Assembly (NCBI GenBank): GCA_018402735.1
Contig: JAGYIF010000004.1
Span: 37,669-101,668 of the forward strand
DNA length: 64,000 bases
From: Pelagibacteraceae bacterium
GTDB lineage: Bacteria; Pseudomonadota; Alphaproteobacteria; Pelagibacterales; Pelagibacteraceae
Direction: 5' to 3'
Below are positions 9,831 to 22,061 of the stretch, piece by piece. A program made the position numbers and the translations under genes. Within the stretch, counting starts at the first letter, position 1. Every line of letters starts with the position of its first letter. The notes under the pieces are model-generated. The model did not search any database and was not told the DNA's origin. It saw nothing but the letters and a program-made list of their open reading frames with translations.

Positions 9831-10646
9831 ATGTACAAAAGTGTTTCGCAGTCCGTCCTTTTTCATGTTATTTTTGGATTATTTGCAGTTATCTCCTTAC
9901 CTTTTGTAAAAAAAGAAGCTATTACTTCTCAACAGTTAATTACGGTAGACATTATTCAAATTTCTGAAAAAACCCAATTACCTTTTGCACCAAAAGCTAG
10001 AGAAATCATTGAAAAAATTAAAAAAGAACAAGAAGAAAGAGTTGTAACTAAACAGGCGCCTCCAAAAATTATTCCCAAAGAAAAGTTAGATGCAGTACCG
10101 CTTCCAGATCAAGTAAAGAATAAAAAAAAGGAAGAAAAAACAAAACAAAATCCAGAAGAGATCAAAGAGCTGAATAGACAGACGTCCGAATTTGAAAAAA
10201 AGGAACTGTTTGATCCTAATAAAATAGCTGCACTTATTGACAAGTCCAAGGAAGAAACTGCTGATATTCAAAAAAAACAAAATTTAGAATTGACTCAAAA
10301 CCAAGACAGCTCAGTTAATTTAAATAAAGGAATTACATTGAGTCAAGAAGATGCAATTAAAGCACAAATTTATAAATGCTGGAATATTCCTTTGGGACTT
10401 CCATTTGACCAAGATTTATTGGTGCGCGTAAGATTAAAATTAAAACAAGATGGGTCTATTTTGTCCTCAGAAATATTAGATCATGCTAGAATGAATCAGC
10501 CAGGCCAGGGATATTATAAAGTGTTGGCAGAAAGTACTTTGCGAGCGGTTAAATTGTGCGATCCTTTAAAAATGCCAGCAACAGGATATGAAAAATGGAA
10601 AGACCTTCAGCTTAATTTTGATGCAAAGGAAATGTTAAGAGGGTAA
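9831..10646 (+). CDS. tolA: TolA-like protein
   Basis: N-terminal TM segment, K/E-rich linker, C-terminal TolA-type domain (CWNIP...AESTLRAV); lies between tolR and tolB. Confidence 0.85.
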   Translation: MYKSVSQSVLFHVIFGLFAVISLPFVKKEAITSQQLITVDIIQISEKTQLPFAPKAREIIEKIKKEQEERVVTKQAPPKIIPKEKLDAVPLPDQVKNKKKEEKTKQNPEEIKELNRQTSEFEKKELFDPNKIAALIDKSKEETADIQKKQNLELTQNQDSSVNLNKGITLSQEDAIKAQIYKCWNIPLGLPFDQDLLVRVRLKLKQDGSILSSEILDHARMNQPGQGYYKVLAESTLRAVKLCDPLKMPATGYEKWKDLQLNFDAKEMLRG

Positions 10647-10656
10647 TAAATCAATC

Positions 10657-11997
10657 ATGAAAAATTTTTTCATAACTTTTTTTTCCATTCTTTTTTTTAG
10701 TCAAGCAAGTTTTGCATTAGTAAAAATTGATATTACCAGAGGTAATCTAGAACCTTTGCCGACTGCTGTTTCTAAGTTTTATATTGAAGACCCATCTAAA
10801 TTTTCGGAGGAATTAAAAAAATTAAATTTAGAAAAGAAAATATCAGAGACAATTTCTAATAACCTAAAACGATCTGGTCTTTTTTATATTATTGATCCCA
10901 AGTCTTACATTCAGTCACCAAACATTGCTCATGTAAAACCAACATTTCAAGATTGGGCCCTGATTAAAGCGCAGATCATGGTTTCCGGAAAATTAGTAAT
11001 TGATGAACAAAAAAGATTACGAGTAGAATTTAGACTGTGGGATGTTGTTGGAGGAAAAGAAATTGAAGGTTTGGCATTATTTGCAACGCCGCAAAGCTGG
11101 AGAAGAATTGCTCATATTATTTCTGATAAAATTTATGAACGAATGACGGGAGAGTCCGGTTATTTTGACACTAGAATTATCTATGTTGCAGAGTCTGGAC
11201 CTAAAGATCAGAGAGTAAAAAAATTAGCTATTATGGATCAAGATGGATCTAACAATAAATATTTAACATTAGGAAATGAACTTGTTTTGACTCCAAGATT
11301 TAGTCCAACGGCTCAAATGATTACATACATGTCTTATTTTAAAAATTTACCTAGAGTTTATTTGCTTAATATAGAAACTGGATTGCAAGAAGTAGTTGGT
11401 GACTTTCCCGGCATGACCTTTGCTCCAAGGTTTTCTCCTGATGGAAAAAAAATTATCATGAGTTTTGCTAAAGATGGAAATTCAGATATTTATACAATGG
11501 ATTTGTCTTCAAGAGTGGTTGAGCAATTAACAACCCATCCATCTATCGATACATCTCCTTCCTATTCTTCCGATGGAAAGTATATTACCTTTAATTCTGA
11601 CCGAAGTGGTTCACAACAAATTTATGTTATGCGAAGCGATGGCTCCAATGTGAACAGAATATCCTTTGGTGAAGGTCTGTACGGAACACCCGTCTGGTCG
11701 CCAAGAGGAGATTTGATTGCATTTACTAAAATTTTTAAGGGAAACTTTTATATCGGTGTGATGCGAAGCGATGGATCTGGAGAAAGATTGCTTACACAAA
11801 ATTTTTATCAAGAAGCCCCTTCCTGGTCTCCCAATGGAAGAGTGTTGATTTTTTATAGAGAAAAAAAATCAGGAAAATCAGGCACTGGTGGAGAATCTTC
11901 TTTATGGTCCATAGATTTGACTGGTTATAATGAGAGAAAAATTAATACCCCAACAGACGCATCGGATCCAGCCTGGTCTGGATTATTATCTAAATAA
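10657..11997 (+). CDS. tolB: TolB
   Basis: Signal peptide, [17 protein letters not shown] and PD40 repeats (PRFSPDG, PSWSPNG). Confidence 0.96.
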   Translation: MKNFFITFFSILFFSQASFALVKIDITRGNLEPLPTAVSKFYIEDPSKFSEELKKLNLEKKISETISNNLKRSGLFYIIDPKSYIQSPNIAHVKPTFQDWALIKAQIMVSGKLVIDEQKRLRVEFRLWDVVGGKEIEGLALFATPQSWRRIAHIISDKIYERMTGESGYFDTRIIYVAESGPKDQRVKKLAIMDQDGSNNKYLTLGNELVLTPRFSPTAQMITYMSYFKNLPRVYLLNIETGLQEVVGDFPGMTFAPRFSPDGKKIIMSFAKDGNSDIYTMDLSSRVVEQLTTHPSIDTSPSYSSDGKYITFNSDRSGSQQIYVMRSDGSNVNRISFGEGLYGTPVWSPRGDLIAFTKIFKGNFYIGVMRSDGSGERLLTQNFYQEAPSWSPNGRVLIFYREKKSGKSGTGGESSLWSIDLTGYNERKINTPTDASDPAWSGLLSK

Positions 11998-12107
11998 GTA
12001 AAAAATAACCTTATTAATTGTCAAATTAGGTATCTTAATTGTTGCTAAAAAAACACTAATTATATAGAACACACCTTAAGATTAACCATATTGTAAGAGG
12101 TATATAA

Positions 12108-12578
12108 ATGTTAACAAAAAGTTTAAAAAATGCTTTTCTAGTAATTGCTTTAGGAATTTTTATTTCAGCGTGTTCAACAACTGCTCAAAAAAAAACCGAT
12201 GATGCTGATGTGTACACTGGAACTGATACAGTAAAATTTTTAGCGACAGGTGTTGCGGATAGAGTGTTTTTCGGAACAAATAGTTCAAGATTGACTACTG
12301 CTGCAAAAGCAACTTTAGATAAGCAAGCTGATTACATTAAGAGCAGTAAAATTTCTGTAGTGATCGAAGGTCATGCTGACGAACGAGGAACTAGAGAATA
12401 TAACTTAGCTCTTGGTGAAAGACGAGCAAACACTGTGAGCGACTACTTGATGACTAAAGGAATTGCAAAAACTAGCATTAAAGTAATTAGCTATGGAAAA
12501 GAAAGACCGGTAAACACCGATTCTTCAGCATTAGCTTGGTCTCAAAATAGAAGATCAGTTACTGTAAAAAGCAACTAA
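12108..12578 (+). CDS. pal: Peptidoglycan-associated lipoprotein Pal
   Basis: ISAC lipobox and IEGHADERGTREYNLALGERRA OmpA-domain motif. Confidence 0.96.
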   Translation: MLTKSLKNAFLVIALGIFISACSTTAQKKTDDADVYTGTDTVKFLATGVADRVFFGTNSSRLTTAAKATLDKQADYIKSSKISVVIEGHADERGTREYNLALGERRANTVSDYLMTKGIAKTSIKVISYGKERPVNTDSSALAWSQNRRSVTVKSN

Positions 12579-12592
12579 TAATTTTAAAAAAT

Positions 12593-12632
12593 AAAGACCC
12601 TGAACGATAATAATCTTCAGGGTCTTTTTTTT
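12593..12632 (+). terminator. Rho-independent terminator after pal
   Basis: aaagaccctgaa / ttcagggtcttt inverted repeat followed by a T-run. Confidence 0.88.
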
Positions 12633-12665
12633 GCCTAAATTTATTGTAGTAATGCAATTAACAAT

Positions 12666-13652
12666 ATGAACAAAATATTTACATTTTTATTATTAAGCAC
12701 ATTTGCTTTTAATGTTTATGCAGATGAAAAGCTTGATAAAGTTTTGCAAGAAATTCAAGCTTTAAATAAAGATTTAAAAACTTTAGAAAAAGCAGTTTAT
12801 AGCAAAAGTTTTTCAGTTCAATCTACAGGATCATCCGAAGGTATTCCGGCTTCTTTAGAGGGAGCTTTAACACGGCAACTTGTGAAGCTTTCTGAATTAG
12901 AAGAGCAGATCCAAAAAATTACAGCAGGCCACGAAGAAACATTATTTAATTTGCAAAAAGTATCTGAACGATTGGAGAAGATGCAAAAAGATACAGAGCT
13001 AAGATTTAGTGAACTTGGAGTTAAAACTACAACTCAATCTAAGTCAAATAATCAGCAAAACAGCAATTTTAATACGAGCCAGGCACAGGCTGCACCTGCA
13101 AAACAATTTCCTGGCACAAGTAAAATGCAAGATTTTGGCAATGTTATAGATAAGACAGATTCTAATAATTTAACAAGTGCTGAGAAGCAAGAAACTAGAG
13201 CAATCAGCCCAGCTCCAGTTGTAAAAACAGCAACTGTTTCAAAAGAACAGATGTTGCCCAAAGGAAATCCTGGAGAGCAATACAAGTTCGCTACGGACCT
13301 AATTAGAATTGGTGACTATGATAAAGCAGAATTAGCGTTGAAAGAATTTGTAGATAAAAATCCTACGCACCCATTAGCAGGTAGTGCACAATATTGGTTT
13401 GCAGAAACTTATTATATTAGACAATTGTATCACGATGCTGCCGCAGCTTACTTAGATGGATATCAAAAATTTCCAAAAAGTGATAAAGCTCCACAAAATC
13501 TTCTAAAGCTTGGCATTACACTTGCTGAACTTGGAGAAAAAGAACAAGGTTGTTTAATGCTAGTTGGTGTAGAAAAACAATATCCTAAAGCAGACAAGTC
13601 TATTATTCAGAAAGCCAAATATGAAACAAGCAAGTTTAAATGCAAAACTTAG
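12666..13652 (+). CDS. cpoB: Cell division coordinator CpoB (YbgF)
   Basis: Signal peptide, coiled coil and TPR (AGSAQYWFAE, KAPQNLLKLG); follows pal. Confidence 0.92.
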   Translation: MNKIFTFLLLSTFAFNVYADEKLDKVLQEIQALNKDLKTLEKAVYSKSFSVQSTGSSEGIPASLEGALTRQLVKLSELEEQIQKITAGHEETLFNLQKVSERLEKMQKDTELRFSELGVKTTTQSKSNNQQNSNFNTSQAQAAPAKQFPGTSKMQDFGNVIDKTDSNNLTSAEKQETRAISPAPVVKTATVSKEQMLPKGNPGEQYKFATDLIRIGDYDKAELALKEFVDKNPTHPLAGSAQYWFAETYYIRQLYHDAAAAYLDGYQKFPKSDKAPQNLLKLGITLAELGEKEQGCLMLVGVEKQYPKADKSIIQKAKYETSKFKCKT

Positions 13653-14649
13653 TGGCTTTTTACAAGACAAAGTAATTTCTAAAATCTATCTTTCTTTTCA
13701 ACAATTCCTAAATAAATATGTTGGAACTAAGAAATTTGTCACGTGCGTTTCTGGCGGGCCAGACAGTCTTGCTCTTGCTTTTTGTTCAAAATTATATTCA
13801 GAGCATACAAAAAATAAAGTTTTTTATTTAATTGTTGATCACAACATTAGAATAAATAGTGCTAAAGAAGCAAAATCTGTCCAAAAAAATCTTCTAAAAA
13901 TTTATATCAAATCTAATATTTTAACTATTAAAAAGTCTATTTCAAAAAGCATTCAGAAAAACGCTAGAGATCATAGATACGATCTTGTGAGTAAATTTTG
14001 TAAAACAAATAAAATTTCATTTATGCTTACAGCGCATCATTTGGATGACCAAATTGAAAATTTTTATATTCGTCTGACCAGAGGTAGTGGTCTGTACGGA
14101 CTTTCCTCTATGAGCATACATAGCCAAAATAAACAAGGCATTTTTGTGCTAAGACCATTTTTAAATATTCCAAAAAAAGACTTAATGTATGTAGCAAAAA
14201 AGATATTCAAGACATTTGTGAAAGATCCCTCTAATACAAATGATAAATTTTTACGATCAAGAATTAGAAAATTAAAATCCAGTCTTGCTAGTGAAGGATT
14301 TGATCAATCTAGAATTTTAAAAACAATTAGTAATTTAAATATAGCAAAGGAAGCAATTGATTTTTACGTGAAGAAATTTCAAAAAAAATATATTCATCCC
14401 GGACATAAAGATAAAGTGCACATTGATCTTAAGTTGTTTTTGGAACAACCAGCCGAAATTATTTATAGAGTAATGGCTGAACTTATTCAAAAAAGATCAG
14501 GAAAAGATTACCCTCCTAGAGCAAAAAGCCTTGAATATTTAATTTCTTCTATTCAAGCAAATAATTTTATCAAAACAACTTTGGGTGGTTTTACGTTTAG
14601 TTTGAACAAACAAAAAATCATAATGAGTAAAGAAAACAGAAATGCTTGA
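13621..14649 (+). CDS. tilS: tRNA(Ile)-lysidine synthase
   Basis: VSGGPDS PP-loop, VDH, AHHLDDQ.E and DPSN motifs. Confidence 0.94.
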   Translation: MKQASLNAKLSGFLQDKVISKIYLSFQQFLNKYVGTKKFVTCVSGGPDSLALAFCSKLYSEHTKNKVFYLIVDHNIRINSAKEAKSVQKNLLKIYIKSNILTIKKSISKSIQKNARDHRYDLVSKFCKTNKISFMLTAHHLDDQIENFYIRLTRGSGLYGLSSMSIHSQNKQGIFVLRPFLNIPKKDLMYVAKKIFKTFVKDPSNTNDKFLRSRIRKLKSSLASEGFDQSRILKTISNLNIAKEAIDFYVKKFQKKYIHPGHKDKVHIDLKLFLEQPAEIIYRVMAELIQKRSGKDYPPRAKSLEYLISSIQANNFIKTTLGGFTFSLNKQKIIMSKENRNA

Positions 14650-14725
14650 TAATTTTAACAATTTAATTGGTTTTTGTGCTATTTTGCGCCTTGTAAGATT
14701 AATTTAAGTAATTATTTTATATTGT

Positions 14726-16618
14726 ATGAATTTAAAAAATTTGACCATGTGGGGAATTATAGCCCTTTTAGTGCTTGGACTGTTTAATCTATTTCAAAAC
14801 CCCGCAACAATTTCTGCTTCAAAAGATTTGCCTTTCTCAACTTTTCTTGAAGAATTAGAAAAAGGAAATGTTGTTTCAGTTGATATCAAGGGAAATAATA
14901 TTGAAGGCAGTTTTGCTAATGCAACAAAATTTAAAACCTACTCACCAAATTATCCTAACTTAGTAGAAAAACTTTCTTCTAAAGGAGTTTCTTTTTCAGC
15001 GGGACCCATAGAAGATAAAATGCCATCTTTTTTTGGTGTGCTTTTGTCATGGTTTCCAATGTTGTTACTTATTGGTGTCTGGATATTTTTTATGCGCCAG
15101 ATGCAAGGAGGAAAAGGTGGAGCAATGGGTTTTGGAAAATCCAAAGCAAAATTATTAACGGAAGCGCATGGTAGAGTTACATTTCAAGATGTTGCGGGCG
15201 TTGACGAAGCCAAAGAAGAATTAGAAGAAATAGTAGAGTTTTTAAAAGACCCAAGAAAATACCAAAAACTTGGAGGAAAAATACCAAAGGGTGCTTTATT
15301 AATTGGACCTCCTGGTACAGGAAAAACATTGATCGCAAGAGCAGTGGCTGGAGAAGCAAATGTTCCTTTCTTTACTATTTCAGGATCAGATTTTGTTGAG
15401 ATGTTTGTGGGAGTAGGTGCTTCACGTGTAAGAGACATGTTTGAACAAGGAAAGAAAAATGCACCGTGCATTATTTTTATTGATGAGATCGATGCTGTAG
15501 GACGAAGCAGAGGAGCAGGTCTTGGCGGTGGTAATGACGAGCGTGAACAAACGCTAAACCAATTATTAGTAGAGATGGATGGTTTTGAGACTAATGAAGG
15601 AGTAATATTAATAGCAGCAACCAACCGACCAGACGTATTAGATCCTGCATTATTAAGACCAGGTAGATTTGATAGACAAGTAGTTGTTCCTAATCCTGAT
15701 ATCATAGGTAGAGAAGCTATTTTGAAAGTTCACTTAAAAAAAATTACAACAGGACCAGATGTGATTGCTAGAACGATCGCAAGAGGAACGCCTGGTTTTT
15801 CAGGAGCAGATTTGGCAAACATTTGTAATGAAGGTGCATTACTAGCAGCAAGAAAAAATAAAAGAATTGTAACAATGTCTGACTTGGAAGAGGCAAAAGA
15901 TAAAGTCATGATGGGAGCAGAACGCAGATCAATGGTGATGTCGGAAGATGAAAAAAAATTAACTGCTTATCATGAAGGTGGGCACGCAATTGTAGCTTTA
16001 TATGAAAAAGCATCAGATCCAATTCATAAAGCAACTATTATTCCAAGAGGTAGAGCATTGGGAATGGTGATGAGACTTCCTGAGCGAGATCAGCTTTCAA
16101 TGACTAGAGAAAAAATGTACGCAGATATTTCAGTTGCAATGGGAGGGCGTATTGCTGAAGAGATTATTTTTGGGCATGAAAAAGTAACCTCAGGCGCATC
16201 ATCCGACATAGAGATGGTAACTAAAATGGCAAAAAATATGGTGACCAGATGGGGAATGAGCGAATTGATGGGTCCTGTTTCGTATCAGGAAAATGAAGAA
16301 GAAGTTTTTTTAGGCAGATCGGTTGCTCGAACACAAAACGTGTCTGAAGAGACCGCAAAAAAAATAGATTCTGAGGTGAGAAAAATTGTAGATGCTGGCT
16401 ATAACCGTGCTAAAAAAATTCTTACAGAAAAACTAGATGACCTTCATAAAATTTCTAAAGCACTATTAGAATATGAAACTTTAAATGGAGATGAGATTAG
16501 AAATTTAATTTATAAAAATATTTTTCCTAATCGTGGAATAACTAAAGATGAAGAAAGCTCATCTTCACCAGATAGCGCCCTAGGCTCCATCGGTTTAAAA
16601 CCAAAATTACAAAACTAA
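14726..16618 (+). CDS. ftsH: ATP-dependent zinc metalloprotease FtsH
   Basis: Two TM segments, GPPGTGKT Walker A and HEGGH zinc site. Confidence 0.98.
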   Translation: MNLKNLTMWGIIALLVLGLFNLFQNPATISASKDLPFSTFLEELEKGNVVSVDIKGNNIEGSFANATKFKTYSPNYPNLVEKLSSKGVSFSAGPIEDKMPSFFGVLLSWFPMLLLIGVWIFFMRQMQGGKGGAMGFGKSKAKLLTEAHGRVTFQDVAGVDEAKEELEEIVEFLKDPRKYQKLGGKIPKGALLIGPPGTGKTLIARAVAGEANVPFFTISGSDFVEMFVGVGASRVRDMFEQGKKNAPCIIFIDEIDAVGRSRGAGLGGGNDEREQTLNQLLVEMDGFETNEGVILIAATNRPDVLDPALLRPGRFDRQVVVPNPDIIGREAILKVHLKKITTGPDVIARTIARGTPGFSGADLANICNEGALLAARKNKRIVTMSDLEEAKDKVMMGAERRSMVMSEDEKKLTAYHEGGHAIVALYEKASDPIHKATIIPRGRALGMVMRLPERDQLSMTREKMYADISVAMGGRIAEEIIFGHEKVTSGASSDIEMVTKMAKNMVTRWGMSELMGPVSYQENEEEVFLGRSVARTQNVSEETAKKIDSEVRKIVDAGYNRAKKILTEKLDDLHKISKALLEYETLNGDEIRNLIYKNIFPNRGITKDEESSSSPDSALGSIGLKPKLQN

Positions 16619-16627
16619 TTTTCCTAC

Positions 16628-17689
16628 ATGCGGTCTGTGTATATTAGGCCACTTAACTTTATTTATGGAAGTGATGCTAAATATCAAATAAAAAAAAAAT
16701 TAGCCTTACCCTTATGTGGTATCAATGAAATTGCATTTTCTAATATTGAAATTATTTATAAAAAAAAGAAACAAAAAAAAATTATTGCTGTTTCAAATAT
16801 TTCGAAATTACATAAGGCCGATAGAAATCAAGTTCTCAAAGATCTAAATAAAATTAAAAAAAAAAGAGAATCTGTTTTAAATTTAAGCTTATCAAAACCT
16901 GTGATTATGGGAGTCTTAAATATAACACCAGATAGTTTTTCTGATGGTGGAAAATTTTACCAATCTAAGAAAGCAATTCAGCATGCAAAAATGATGGTTA
17001 TGCATGGAGCGCAAATCATTGATGTTGGAGGTGAATCTACAAGACCTGGTGCCAAATTAATTCCCGAACAGCAAGAATGTAAAAGAGTTATTGCTATCAT
17101 TCAGAAAATAAAAAATTTAAAAAATAGTATTGTTTCGATTGATACAAGAAAAGCTATTGTTATGAAAAAAGCAGTTGAGGCTGGAGCTAAAATTATTAAT
17201 GATGTATCTGCTCTAGATTTTGATCCGTACTCTGAAGAGGTAGTAATTAAATTGAAAAAGCCAATTATACTGAATCATTCTCAAGGAACACCTGAAATAA
17301 TGCAAAAAAATCCAACTTATAGAAATGTATTAATAGATATTTATGATTATTTTGAAGATAAAATAAAACGGCTCGAGCAAAAAGGACTAAAAAGAAAAAA
17401 AATTATTCTTGATCCAGGAATTGGATTTGGAAAAAATGTTAAGCACAATTTAACTTTAATTAGTAATATTTCTTTTTTTCACTCTCTTGGATGCCCGTTA
17501 ATGCTGGGACCATCTAGGAAAAGTTTTATTGGAAAGATAATGGAAAAAAAAGATACTATTTCGAGACTAGGCGGTACGATATCATCAGTAATAATTGGTG
17601 CAAATCAAGGAGTTCAGTTTTTTAGGGTGCATGATATAAAAGAAATTAACGAGGCGTTATCTATTAATTCAGCATTACGAAGCATTTAA
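16628..17689 (+). CDS. folP: Dihydropteroate synthase with N-terminal extension
   Basis: MGVLNITPDSFSDGG, DVGGESTRPG, LDPGIGFGK, SRKSF and RVHD motifs. Confidence 0.95.
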   Translation: MRSVYIRPLNFIYGSDAKYQIKKKLALPLCGINEIAFSNIEIIYKKKKQKKIIAVSNISKLHKADRNQVLKDLNKIKKKRESVLNLSLSKPVIMGVLNITPDSFSDGGKFYQSKKAIQHAKMMVMHGAQIIDVGGESTRPGAKLIPEQQECKRVIAIIQKIKNLKNSIVSIDTRKAIVMKKAVEAGAKIINDVSALDFDPYSEEVVIKLKKPIILNHSQGTPEIMQKNPTYRNVLIDIYDYFEDKIKRLEQKGLKRKKIILDPGIGFGKNVKHNLTLISNISFFHSLGCPLMLGPSRKSFIGKIMEKKDTISRLGGTISSVIIGANQGVQFFRVHDIKEINEALSINSALRSI

Positions 17690-19014
17690 TGAAAAAATAT
17701 TTTGGCACAGATGGTATTAGAGGAACGGTTAATGAAGGTAACATTACCGGACAACATTTTTATAAATTTGGATTAGCCGCTGGAAGTTTTTTTAAAATTA
17801 AAGATAAAAAAAAACATTTAGCTATTATTGCTAAAGACACCAGAATATCCGGATATATGTTAGAGCCAGCTTTGGTATCCGGTTTAACTTCTGCTGGAAT
17901 GCACGTAATTACTTTTGGACCCATTCCTACTAATGCTTTAGCAATGTTAACTAGGTCTATGAAGGCAGATATGGGAATCATGATTACAGCATCTCACAAT
18001 CCCTATCATGATAATGGTCTTAAATTATTTGGACCAGATGGACTAAAATTGTCAGACAAAGTAGAAAAAAAAATTGAAAAATTAATTGATCAAAAACAAT
18101 CTAAATTATTAGTACCTGTAGAAGAGCTTGGACGAGTTACAAGACTAGAAGATGGAAATGAAAGATATATTGAAATTTTAAAAGGTAATTTTCCAGAAAG
18201 TTTCACTCTTAACGGAATGAAAGTAGTTATCGATTGTGCAAATGGAGCTGGGTATAAATCTGCTCCAAAAATATTAAGGGAACTAGGGGCCACTGTTTTT
18301 TCTTTAGGAGTAAATCCAGATGGAATAAATATTAATGAAAATTGTGGGTCTACTCATCCCGAAACTATGCGTCAAGCTGTTAAAAAACACAAGGCAGACC
18401 TTGGTATTGCATTGGATGGAGATGCAGATCGATTAATACTATGTGATGAGCAAGGAACCATAATCGATGGTGATCAAATCATAGGAATGATAGCAACTAG
18501 ATGGAATAAGAAAAAAATTTTAGAAGGTGGAGTGGTGGGAACTTTAATGAGTAATTTAGGTCTAGAACAGCATTTCAAAAAAAATAATATTAAATTTGCC
18601 AGATCAGATGTTGGCGACCGATATGTAAAAGAAAAAATGCAAAAATTAGAATATAATTTAGGAGGAGAGCAATCTGGCCATATTATTCTTGGTGATTTTA
18701 CAACCACTGGCGATGGACTTTTAGTTGCTTTAGAAGTTTTATTCTCTATGCGAAAAGGATCAAAAGCAAGCAAGATACTTAAAGTATTTAAAGCTGTTCC
18801 GCAAATATTAGAAAACAAAACAGTAAAAGATAAAAATATTATTAAAAGTAAATCATGTATCTCCGCAATTAAAAAAGCCGAAAAATTATTGGGAGACAAA
18901 GGAAGATTGTTAGTACGAAAATCTGGAACAGAACCAAAGATCAGAATCATGGGAGAATCTCATGATAAAAAATTGTTAGCAAAAGCTATTAGCATTGTAT
19001 CAAAATCAATTTAG
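17689..19014 (+). CDS. glmM: Phosphoglucosamine mutase
   Basis: FGTDGIRG, TASHNP, DGDADR and RKSGTEP motifs. Confidence 0.96.
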   Translation: MKKYFGTDGIRGTVNEGNITGQHFYKFGLAAGSFFKIKDKKKHLAIIAKDTRISGYMLEPALVSGLTSAGMHVITFGPIPTNALAMLTRSMKADMGIMITASHNPYHDNGLKLFGPDGLKLSDKVEKKIEKLIDQKQSKLLVPVEELGRVTRLEDGNERYIEILKGNFPESFTLNGMKVVIDCANGAGYKSAPKILRELGATVFSLGVNPDGININENCGSTHPETMRQAVKKHKADLGIALDGDADRLILCDEQGTIIDGDQIIGMIATRWNKKKILEGGVVGTLMSNLGLEQHFKKNNIKFARSDVGDRYVKEKMQKLEYNLGGEQSGHIILGDFTTTGDGLLVALEVLFSMRKGSKASKILKVFKAVPQILENKTVKDKNIIKSKSCISAIKKAEKLLGDKGRLLVRKSGTEPKIRIMGESHDKKLLAKAISIVSKSI

Positions 19015-19826
19015 TGAAACCAAGAACTAAAATTCTAATTATTGCAGGCTCAGATTCCTCGGGTGGTGCGGGAATTCAAGCTGATATTAAAACGGTCACG
19101 GCTCTGGGCGGTTATGCTATGACAGCAGTGACAGCTATTACTGCTCAAAATACAACGGGTGTATCTTCTATTGTTTCAATTCCTCCCAAAGAAATTTCCA
19201 AACAAATATTATTTACTGCAAAAGACATAAAGCCTGATGCTATCAAAATCGGGATGTTGCATTCAAAAGAAGTTATTAAAGAAGTAATCAAATCTTTGGC
19301 AAATATAAAAAATAATAAAATAGTTTTAGATCCTGTCATGATTGCCAAAAGTGGAACCAAGCTTATTGATGATCAGGCAATATCAATTTTAAGAAATAGG
19401 TTAATAAGTAAAGTTTTTTTAATTACACCTAATATTCCAGAAGCAGAGGTCTTAATTGGTAAAAAAATTAAAACTTTGGATGAAATGATTCTTGCAGCTT
19501 ATGATCTTATTCAAATGGGAGCAAATAATGTTTTAATCAAAGGAGGTCATCTAAAGAGTAGATGGGTTCAAGATATTTTAGTTAATACAAAAGAACTACA
19601 TCTGTTTAAAAATAAAAAAATTACGACAAAAAACACTCATGGAACTGGTTGCACTTTATCCTCAGCTATAGCAACCTTTTTGGGCTGTGGAAAACCTCTA
19701 CACAAATCGTGTGAACTTGGGATCAGTTATGTTAATAATGCAATTAGATCTAATCTTAATTATGGAAAGGGTCATGGACCAGTGAACCATTTAATCTCTA
19801 TAGAACTAAATAACAAATTTAAATAA
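19014..19826 (+). CDS. thiD: Hydroxymethylpyrimidine/phosphomethylpyrimidine kinase
   Basis: IAGSDSSGGAGIQAD and THGTGCTLSSAIA motifs. Confidence 0.95.
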   Translation: MKPRTKILIIAGSDSSGGAGIQADIKTVTALGGYAMTAVTAITAQNTTGVSSIVSIPPKEISKQILFTAKDIKPDAIKIGMLHSKEVIKEVIKSLANIKNNKIVLDPVMIAKSGTKLIDDQAISILRNRLISKVFLITPNIPEAEVLIGKKIKTLDEMILAAYDLIQMGANNVLIKGGHLKSRWVQDILVNTKELHLFKNKKITTKNTHGTGCTLSSAIATFLGCGKPLHKSCELGISYVNNAIRSNLNYGKGHGPVNHLISIELNNKFK

Positions 19827-21119
19827 ATGAAAAATATAGTTGTTGTAGGCTCTCAATGGGGAGATGAGGGTAAAGGGAAAATTGTTGATTGGCTGTCCGA
19901 GCAGGCAGACATAATCGTTAGATTTCAAGGCGGACACAATGCTGGGCATACGTTAGTCATTGAGGGAAAAGTTTACAAATTAAAATTATTACCATCAGGA
20001 ATTGTCAGACAAGATAAAATATCAGTAATTGGAAATGGTGTAGTGGTTGATCCGTGGGCCCTACTTGATGAAATTATACAAATAGAAAAACAGGGAATTA
20101 AGGTTACAGAAGACAATTTAATTTTAGCAGAAACAGCAAATTTAATTATGCCATTTCATAGAGAGATGGATGAAATCAGAGAAGATTCAGCAGGAAAAGG
20201 AAAAATAGGAACTACACGAAGAGGTATTGGTCCAGCATACGAAGATAAAGTAGGCAGACGCTCTATTCGTGTTATGGATTTAAAATCAAAAACTAATCTA
20301 GCAAATCGATTAGAGATAGTGCTTGAACATCACAACGCAATTCGAAAAGGCTTAAAGAAAAAAGTATTTAAAAAAGATGATTTAATGAAAGATCTTCTAA
20401 AAATTGCACCAGAAATTTTAAAGTTTTCTCAACCTGTGTGGAGAAAAATGGATCAATTTAGAAAAGAGGGAAAAAAAATATTATTTGAAGGGGCCCAGGG
20501 AATACTATTAGATGTGGATCATGGAACTTACCCTTATGTAACCTCATCCAATACTGTAGCGGGAGCAGCAGCAATTGGAACTGGTTGCGGTCCTAATGTT
20601 ATTGATTATGTGCTTGGAATTACAAAGGCCTATACAACCAGAGTTGGAGAAGGACCTTTTCCTACGGAACTAAAAGATGCAACGGGGGAATTACTTGGAA
20701 AACGAGGAAATGAATTTGGAACTGTAACAGGAAGAAAAAGACGATGCGGTTGGTTTGATGCTGTTCTTGTTAGACAAACAGTTAAAGTTTCCGGCATTAA
20801 TGGTATCGCACTTACGAAATTGGATGTGTTGGATGCATGCGATGAGATTAAAATGTGCGTAGAGTATGATTTGGATGGAGAAAAATTAGATTACTTACCA
20901 GCTTCAGCGGAAGATCAGGCAAGAGTAAAACCAATTTACAAAACATTTAAGGGCTGGATGAAAAGTACCCTTGGCACAAGAAATTATGATGAATTACCTC
21001 AGCAAGCTAAAATATATTTAAGTGAACTAGAAGATTTTATAGGAGCTAAAATTTCAAGTATTTCCACAAGCCCAGAACGGGATGATACAATACTCGTTGA
21101 AAATCCTTTTAAACTTTAA
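19827..21119 (+). CDS. purA: Adenylosuccinate synthetase
   Basis: [17 protein letters not shown] and EGAQG motifs. Confidence 0.98.
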   Translation: MKNIVVVGSQWGDEGKGKIVDWLSEQADIIVRFQGGHNAGHTLVIEGKVYKLKLLPSGIVRQDKISVIGNGVVVDPWALLDEIIQIEKQGIKVTEDNLILAETANLIMPFHREMDEIREDSAGKGKIGTTRRGIGPAYEDKVGRRSIRVMDLKSKTNLANRLEIVLEHHNAIRKGLKKKVFKKDDLMKDLLKIAPEILKFSQPVWRKMDQFRKEGKKILFEGAQGILLDVDHGTYPYVTSSNTVAGAAAIGTGCGPNVIDYVLGITKAYTTRVGEGPFPTELKDATGELLGKRGNEFGTVTGRKRRCGWFDAVLVRQTVKVSGINGIALTKLDVLDACDEIKMCVEYDLDGEKLDYLPASAEDQARVKPIYKTFKGWMKSTLGTRNYDELPQQAKIYLSELEDFIGAKISSISTSPERDDTILVENPFKL

Positions 21120-22018
21120 TTAATTGATAGTTGTTTAGGTTGCTTGATATTTTCAAGCATAGCTTTTTGAACTTTTTCAAAAGCTCTATTTTCAATTTGA
21201 CGAATTCGTTCTCTGCTAACTTTATATTTTTGGCTTAACTCTTCCAAAGTTTTTGGCTCATCAATTAGTCTTCGGTCGTATAAAATTTCTTTTTCTCTTT
21301 CATCTAAAACATGTAGAGCATTTTTTAATAATGCCTGTCTTTGGTTTAGTTCTTGTTTTTGTGAAATTTGTAATTCTTGATCAGCTTCTTCATCTACTAC
21401 CCAATCTTGCCATTCCGCATCACCTTCTTCATTGCCCACATGTGCATTAAGTGAATGTTCATGTCCTGCAAGACGCTGATTCATAGAAACAACCTCATCT
21501 TCTCTAACATTTAATTGATTAGCAATTTCTGTAACATGTTCAGGTAAAAGATCTCCTTGTTCCGCAGCAAAAATTTGGTTTTTTATTTTTTTTAAATTAA
21601 AAAATAATTTTTTTTGAGCAGATGTAGTTCCAATTTTAACCAAACTCCAAGAACGCAAAACATATTCCTGAATAGAAGCTTTAATCCACCATATTGCATA
21701 CGTTGTTAGTCTAAATCCTTTTTCAGGATCAAATTTTTTAACAGCTTGCATTAGTCCAATATTACCTTCAGAAACAAGCTCGCTTACTGGTAGGCCGTAA
21801 CCACGGTAGCCCATTGCAATTTTTGCAACTAATCGTAAATGACTTGTAACTAATTTATGTGCAGCTTCCTTATCTCCTTTATCTCTCCAATTTTTGGCAA
21901 GCACATACTCTTCTGCTGCATCAAGCATTGGAAATTTTCTAATTTTAGATAAATAGGAGGCGAAACTTCCCTCGGGTGTAAGTACAGGTACATTTGTTGG
22001 TGCAAGGTCTTTGCTCAT
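21116..22018 (-). CDS. rpoH: RNA polymerase sigma-32 factor
   Basis: Sigma regions 2 and 4; RpoH box region [19 protein letters not shown]. Confidence 0.96.
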   Translation of the reverse strand: MSKDLAPTNVPVLTPEGSFASYLSKIRKFPMLDAAEEYVLAKNWRDKGDKEAAHKLVTSHLRLVAKIAMGYRGYGLPVSELVSEGNIGLMQAVKKFDPEKGFRLTTYAIWWIKASIQEYVLRSWSLVKIGTTSAQKKLFFNLKKIKNQIFAAEQGDLLPEHVTEIANQLNVREDEVVSMNQRLAGHEHSLNAHVGNEEGDAEWQDWVVDEEADQELQISQKQELNQRQALLKNALHVLDEREKEILYDRRLIDEPKTLEELSQKYKVSRERIRQIENRAFEKVQKAMLENIKQPKQLSIN

Positions 22019-22061
22019 ATTTAAATAATTATTTAATTTCTAAAATAAAAAAAACAAGGGA

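Noticed and set aside
15184-15705. 173-aa minus-strand ORF
   Set aside because: Typical antisense shadow of the conserved FtsH AAA domain.
18474-18950. 158-aa minus-strand ORF
   Set aside because: Antisense shadow of glmM.
18900-19030. TPP riboswitch upstream of thiD
   Set aside because: thiD overlaps the glmM stop, so there is no leader, and no TPP aptamer core (CTGAGA) is visible there.
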